Shown here: piece by piece, positions 59,539 to 64,000 of the stretch
How positions within the stretch are numbered: position 1 is the stretch's first letter
Layout of the letters: each line of letters starts with the position of its first letter
DNA from: Candidatus Eiseniibacteriota bacterium
Lineage (GTDB): Bacteria > Eisenbacteria > RBG-16-71-46 > JABDJR01
DNA: 64,000 nucleotides
Assembly (NCBI GenBank): GCA_963783375.1
Contig: CAWANH010000028.1
Coordinates: forward strand, 96,001 to 160,000
Direction: 5' to 3'
Notes under the pieces: generated by a model
Database searches by the model: none
Told to the model about the DNA's origin: nothing
What the model saw: the letters and a program-made list of their open reading frames with translations, nothing else
Made by a program: the position numbers and the translations under genes

Positions 59539-60579
59539 TTAGCTTTGTCCCACCGGGGGCGGGCCGCTGGATTCCCGGATCACCAGCCGGGTGGGCACCA
59601 TGCGCACCTCCGGGGCCAGGGATTTCCGCTCGATGGCCTCCAGAAGGAGCTCGGTGGCCATCCGCCCGATGTCGTAGATGGGCTGGGAGATCGTGGTGAG
59701 GCGCGGGCGGATGTAGGTGGTGAGCCGGATGCCGTCCGCCCCCACCACGGTCAGGTCCTCGGGTACGCGGAGCCCCAGTTCCTCCTGGGCCACCCTGAGC
59801 GCCCCGATGGCCATGGTGTCGTTGGCAGCCATGAGGGCGGTGGGACGCGGATTTCGGGCCAGGAGGAGCCGGGCCACCTCGGCCCCGCTCTCCTCGGAGA
59901 AGTTTCCCCACAGCCGGAGTCCCTCGTCGAAGGGGATCCCCGCCGCGTCGAGGCCCTCCCGGAACCCCCGGCTCCGGTCCTCCCCCACCGTGGTGTTCTC
60001 GAGGCCGCCGATGAACCCGATGCGGCGATGACCCACCTCCACCAGGTGGGCCACCATCTCCCGGGCTCCGGTGCGGTTGTCCGCCACCACCGAGGCCGCC
60101 CCCTCCATCCGGGAGTTCACGAGAACGATCGGGGCGTGGGCCCGGACCAGCTCACGCGCGAACTCGTCCTCGGTGAGGGTTCCCACCAGGAGCATCCCGT
60201 CGACCCCTCCTTCCCGGAAGAGCTTCATGTGGTGGCCGTTCTCCAGGAAGCGTTCGTCCACGATCTCGATGAGCAGGCGGTAGCCGGCTTCGGAGAGGGC
60301 GCTGGCGATGCCGCTTATCGCCTCGGAGAAATAGAAGTCGGCGAAGACGTGGGAACCGGTGCGGGGAAGGAGCACCGCCGCCGCGTTGGCCCGCCGCCGG
60401 GCCAGCCCCCGGGCCAGGGAACTCGGCTCGTAGCCCGCCTTCTCTATCACCTCGATCACCCGCGCCTTGGTCTCGGCGGAAATGCGGGGATCGTCGTTGA
60501 TGACCAGGGACACCGTCGACCGCGAGACGCCGGCGAGCCGGGCGATGTCGCGGATGGTGGGCTTCACGTAGGGCTGCAC
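59539..60579 (-). CDS. LacI-family transcriptional regulator
   Basis: TIRDIARLAGVSRSTVSLVIN, YEPSSLARGL, VPEDLTVVG, LTTISQP. Confidence 0.97.
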   Translation of the reverse strand: MQPYVKPTIRDIARLAGVSRSTVSLVINDDPRISAETKARVIEVIEKAGYEPSSLARGLARRRANAAAVLLPRTGSHVFADFYFSEAISGIASALSEAGYRLLIEIVDERFLENGHHMKLFREGGVDGMLLVGTLTEDEFARELVRAHAPIVLVNSRMEGAASVVADNRTGAREMVAHLVEVGHRRIGFIGGLENTTVGEDRSRGFREGLDAAGIPFDEGLRLWGNFSEESGAEVARLLLARNPRPTALMAANDTMAIGALRVAQEELGLRVPEDLTVVGADGIRLTTYIRPRLTTISQPIYDIGRMATELLLEAIERKSLAPEVRMVPTRLVIRESSGPPPVGQS

Positions 60580-60622
60580 GGTGGGTCCCTTTCTGGGTGT
60601 CGGATCCCGAAGCGCGCCGTTC

Positions 60623-60658
60623 ATTATAGTCGAAACGGGCCGGATTGGACCGGTCCAA
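60623..60658 (-). promoter_or_regulatory. lacI promoter -10 (TATAAT) and operator 4 (TTGGACCGGTCCAA, 60645-60658)
   Basis: Perfect 14-bp palindrome over the expected -35 region. Confidence 0.82.
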
Positions 60659-60793
60659 GCCGCCGGGGACCGCCATGGGCAACCCGTTGGCGTATAACGC
60701 GATCGGCGGGTCCGGTGGTCTCCCCTCCGGGGAGGGGGGCCGGGGCAGGGCCGGCGGGACCCTTCAGGGAACGGAGGGACGGCGCCGGAAGGC

Positions 60794-62836
60794 TCAATCC
60801 GGGCCCGGGGGAGACTTCCGGGACGATCGCGCCAGCCCCCAGGCGGCGGCCAGCCCCAGCGCCCCCGCTCCGATCAGCACCGCGGGCGGCACCGAGACCC
60901 CCTCTCCGAGCCAGGGGAGCCGTTTCAGGACCTCGGAGTTGGTGGCGAGGACCGCGATGGTGTTGTTGGCCGCGTGGAGCACCATGGCCGGCCAGAGGCT
61001 TCCGGTGGTCCAGGCCACCCAGCCCAGGAGAAGCCCCAGCACGGTGGTGGGCAGAAGCCGGTACAGGTCGAAATGGAAGGCCCCGAAGAGGATCGCCGTC
61101 CACAGGATGGCGCGGCCGGGGGTGAGTCGCCGGAGGAGGCCGCGGAGCACGAATCCCCGGAAGAGGATCTCCTCGCAGATCCCGGGGAGGATCGCGAACA
61201 CCGCGATCGACAGGACGAGCCCTCCCCCGCTCTGGGCCCGGAAGAGCTTCTCCATGAGCTCCCGGTAGGATGCCGGGACCTCGAGGAAGAGGCCCTGGGC
61301 CATGGCCACCAGGGCGGCCAGCATGGTGGCGGCGGGGGCGGCGGCCAGCGCGAGGAGAAGGAGGCGCCCCCGCGGCGCGGGAGAGAGGCCCAGGGTCCGC
61401 CGCGCAGGGATCCCCAGAAACCGCAGCGCGATCAGGGGAATCCCGGCGATGACCAGGATCTGGGTCACGGCCAGGCCGAGCTTCACGTCCCTGAGCTGGA
61501 GGGGCGTTCCCAGATAGAAGAACCCCAGAAGCACCATGAAGAACACCGTGGCCACCGCTCCCGGGGTCAGCGCCTCGGTTCGGGTGCGGTTCTCCCGGCG
61601 GAAGAGGTTCCCCCAGGAGAACTTGGGTCCGCCCTCGGTCCCGCTCAGCATGGCTTCGCCCCCGAAGAGGCTCACCGTGCGGGCGAGGAGGAGGAAGGCC
61701 AGCGCGGTCATGGTGGCCATGGTCATGGCCACGAACGGCCACATCACGTTCCCCAGCAGGAGCTCCCGGGAGAGGAGAACGACGTTGGCCACCGGAATGA
61801 GGGCCAGGGTGGTGTTGATCTCGATCCCCGGAAGGAAGGCGAGATAGGCGGGGGCCATGCAGGCGATGACCAGGGGCGATAGGTAGTTCTGAGCCTCCTT
61901 GAAGGAACGGGCGAAAGAGGCCACCAGCATGGCCAGGGCGCTGAAGAAGAGGGCCATGGGGACCATGATGAGGAAGATGAGCAGGATCCCCCGCCAATCC
62001 ACCAGGGAGGCGACCCCCGATGCCATGTCCCCGCCCAGCTTGGCGCTCCCGATCAGGAAGAACACGGTGAAGGCGATGGAAGCCAGGTTGGCCAGGGTGG
62101 TCACGATCGACGCCAGGAAGACGGTGAGAAACTTCCCCAGCACGATGTTGAAGCGCCCGGCGGGGACCACCATCAGGGTCTCCAGGGTCCCGCGTTCGCG
62201 CTCCCCCGCGGTGACGTCGATGGCCGGGTAGAACGCTCCGGTCATCATCATCACGACCAGGAAGAAGGGAAGGATCCGGCCAACGAAGGACCCGCTCATC
62301 TTCCGGGCCCCGGCCACGTTGGTGATCTCCACCGTGAACGGCTTGACGAAGGCATCGGGCATGTCGAGCCGGACCAGCCGGTCGGCCACCACCTCTCGCC
62401 GCCAATCGAGGAGGAAATCCCGGATCCGGTCCCGCATCTCCCCGCCCCGGTCCCGGGAGAGATCCACCTGCAGCGACACGCCGGTGGACTCGGTGTCGGC
62501 CAGCCTCTGGTCGAAGTCCAGGGGGACGCGGAGGACGGCGTCGATCTCCCGGCCGGCCAGGGCAGCGGATGGATCGGCGGGGTGTACGAGCACGAACGAG
62601 GTGTCCGCGGAGAGTCCCCGGACCAGCTCGGGGGAGGCGTCCCGGGGCACGACGGCGATCCGGGCCTTGGCCGCCCGGAGCTTCTCCACCTGGTGAAGGC
62701 CGAGCTGGGATATGGCGACGATGAGGATGGGGTAGATCAGAAGAGGGAGGACGATCATGGCCATGATGGTCCGGCGGTCCCGGAGGGTGTCCAGAATCTC
62801 CTTCCGCCACACCACGGCGATCTCCGTCCAGTTCAT
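60794..62836 (-). CDS. NatB-like ABC permease fused to a CPBP (Abi/CAAX) intramembrane protease
   Basis: KEILDTLRDRRT, AGERERGTLETL; CEEILFRG, FGAFH, HAANN. Confidence 0.9.
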   Translation of the reverse strand: MNWTEIAVVWRKEILDTLRDRRTIMAMIVLPLLIYPILIVAISQLGLHQVEKLRAAKARIAVVPRDASPELVRGLSADTSFVLVHPADPSAALAGREIDAVLRVPLDFDQRLADTESTGVSLQVDLSRDRGGEMRDRIRDFLLDWRREVVADRLVRLDMPDAFVKPFTVEITNVAGARKMSGSFVGRILPFFLVVMMMTGAFYPAIDVTAGERERGTLETLMVVPAGRFNIVLGKFLTVFLASIVTTLANLASIAFTVFFLIGSAKLGGDMASGVASLVDWRGILLIFLIMVPMALFFSALAMLVASFARSFKEAQNYLSPLVIACMAPAYLAFLPGIEINTTLALIPVANVVLLSRELLLGNVMWPFVAMTMATMTALAFLLLARTVSLFGGEAMLSGTEGGPKFSWGNLFRRENRTRTEALTPGAVATVFFMVLLGFFYLGTPLQLRDVKLGLAVTQILVIAGIPLIALRFLGIPARRTLGLSPAPRGRLLLLALAAAPAATMLAALVAMAQGLFLEVPASYRELMEKLFRAQSGGGLVLSIAVFAILPGICEEILFRGFVLRGLLRRLTPGRAILWTAILFGAFHFDLYRLLPTTVLGLLLGWVAWTTGSLWPAMVLHAANNTIAVLATNSEVLKRLPWLGEGVSVPPAVLIGAGALGLAAAWGLARSSRKSPPGPD

Positions 62837-63705
62837 CGGTCACCCTCCGGCGGGACGGCGGGGGGGGTCGCATCCAGGGGGCTCCCGGCGGGGCGCGCCC
62901 CCTCCGGGCCGCCCGGTCCGTCCGCCGAGGCCTCGGCGCGGTCCCCCTGGGCCAGAAGGGTGAGGAAGACGTCTTCCACCATCGTCTCCCCCGTCCGGCG
63001 GCGGAGATCCTCAACCGTGCCCTGGGCCACGACCCGACCCCGGTGAAGGATGGCGATCTCGTCGCACAGCCGTTCCGCCTCGCTCATGATGTGGGTGGAG
63101 AAGAGGACGCACTTCCCCGCCGACCGGGAGTCCCGGATGAAGTCGACCAGGTGGCGGCTGGCCAGGACGTCGAGACCGGTGGTGGGTTCGTCGAGAATGA
63201 GCACGGGCGGGTCATGAACGATGGCGCGGGCGATGGAGACCTTCTGCCTCATACCGGTGGAGAGATCGCCACAGCGCTTGTCCTGGTAGGAGCTGATCTC
63301 GAGCCGGTCGAACAGGGTATCGATCCTGGCCTCCACCTGCCCCGCGGGCATCCCGTAGAGGCGGCCGAAGTAGCGGACGACCTCGCGGGCGGTGAGCCGC
63401 GGGTAGACCCCGGTGCTCCCGGTCAAGAACCCGATCCGGCGGCGAACCTCGGCCGGCTCTTCGATGATCCCGCGCCCCCCGATGCGCGCGGAGCCGGAGG
63501 TGGGTGGAATCAGGGTGGAGAGGATCCGCAGGGTGGTGGTCTTGCCGGCGCCGTTCGGCCCGAGCAGCCCGAAGATGCGGCCCGCCCCGGCCCGAAAGGT
63601 CACCCGGTCCACGGCCGGGAACAGATCCCCCGAGGGGGATCGGTAGACCTTGGTCAGGTCCCGAACCTCGATGTGCGCCGAGCCCGAGGACGCGGGTCCG
63701 GTCAC
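62833..63705 (-). CDS. NatA-like ABC ATP-binding protein
   Basis: GPNGAGKTT, LSTGMRQK, ILDEPTTGLD, FSTH. Confidence 0.93.
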   Translation of the reverse strand: MTGPASSGSAHIEVRDLTKVYRSPSGDLFPAVDRVTFRAGAGRIFGLLGPNGAGKTTTLRILSTLIPPTSGSARIGGRGIIEEPAEVRRRIGFLTGSTGVYPRLTAREVVRYFGRLYGMPAGQVEARIDTLFDRLEISSYQDKRCGDLSTGMRQKVSIARAIVHDPPVLILDEPTTGLDVLASRHLVDFIRDSRSAGKCVLFSTHIMSEAERLCDEIAILHRGRVVAQGTVEDLRRRTGETMVEDVFLTLLAQGDRAEASADGPGGPEGARPAGSPLDATPPAVPPEGDR

Positions 63706-63935
63706 GGTCCGTCCTTCTTCCCTTCACTCCCCTCGGCATTGTCCCGCTCACCGGAATGTTCCGTGAAGGGGACGTCGATGATCCGACCCCCGTCGATCTC
63801 GTCACCTTCCGACCGGCGGTGGTGGACCTCGGGCCGGGTCCGATCCGACGAGAGCCCGGAGATCAACGCCTTCCAGATGCGCCTGACGAACCAGAACAAG
63901 GTCAAAAAGAAGACGAGGAGAAGGAGGCCGCGCAT
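63702..63935 (-). CDS. Small single-TM hypothetical protein
   Basis: Hydrophobic N-terminus, basic stop-transfer segment, IIDVPF; stop overlaps the natA start. Confidence 0.55.
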   Translation of the reverse strand: MRGLLLLVFFLTLFWFVRRIWKALISGLSSDRTRPEVHHRRSEGDEIDGGRIIDVPFTEHSGERDNAEGSEGKKDGP

Positions 63936-64000
63936 GGGAACTAACTCCGGTGAGGCTCAGGGGAAAGGTTCACGTAAGGCGCCCGGCCCCGGCGGCTAGT

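Overview
High-GC Gram-negative bacterial chromosome segment. FlgD-Ig C-terminal domains, a PorV-like barrel and a TWxxIKxLY tail suggest an FCB-related lineage such as Ca. Eisenbacteria, Krumholzibacteriota or Latescibacterota (inference only). In order it contains: a tandem RND permease pair plus a triple-repeat secreted protein; an FAD oxidoreductase/methyltransferase pair; a 730-bp structured intergenic region; a LysM peptidase; an Lrp-DsbD(N)-redoxin cluster; a frameshifted aromatic amino acid decarboxylase; aceE-aceF-lpdA; and an M28 peptidase. Next comes a minus-strand signalling cassette: GAF-sigma54 activator, consensus sigma54 promoter, ~150-nt three-hairpin GGA-rich RNA, TolB-like lipoprotein, 22-aa peptide, histidine kinase, receiver and GAF-PP2C. 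It is followed by the housekeeping run ruvB-queA-tgt-yajC-def-fmt-rsmB-PASTA-rpe and an NSS symporter with a structured leader and a MetS-like partner. A 17-kb LacI-controlled alpha-glucan capture locus (four TGGACCGGTCCA-type operators) comes next. It encodes two paralogous outer-membrane barrels, a PorV-like protein, several CBM-rich secreted or lipoproteins and a MalEFG-type ABC transporter, but no SusC/SusD and no recognisable hydrolase. The window ends with a NatAB-like ABC transporter fused to a CPBP protease. No rRNA, tRNA, CRISPR array or transposase was seen. All calls come from reading motifs by eye; no searches were run.
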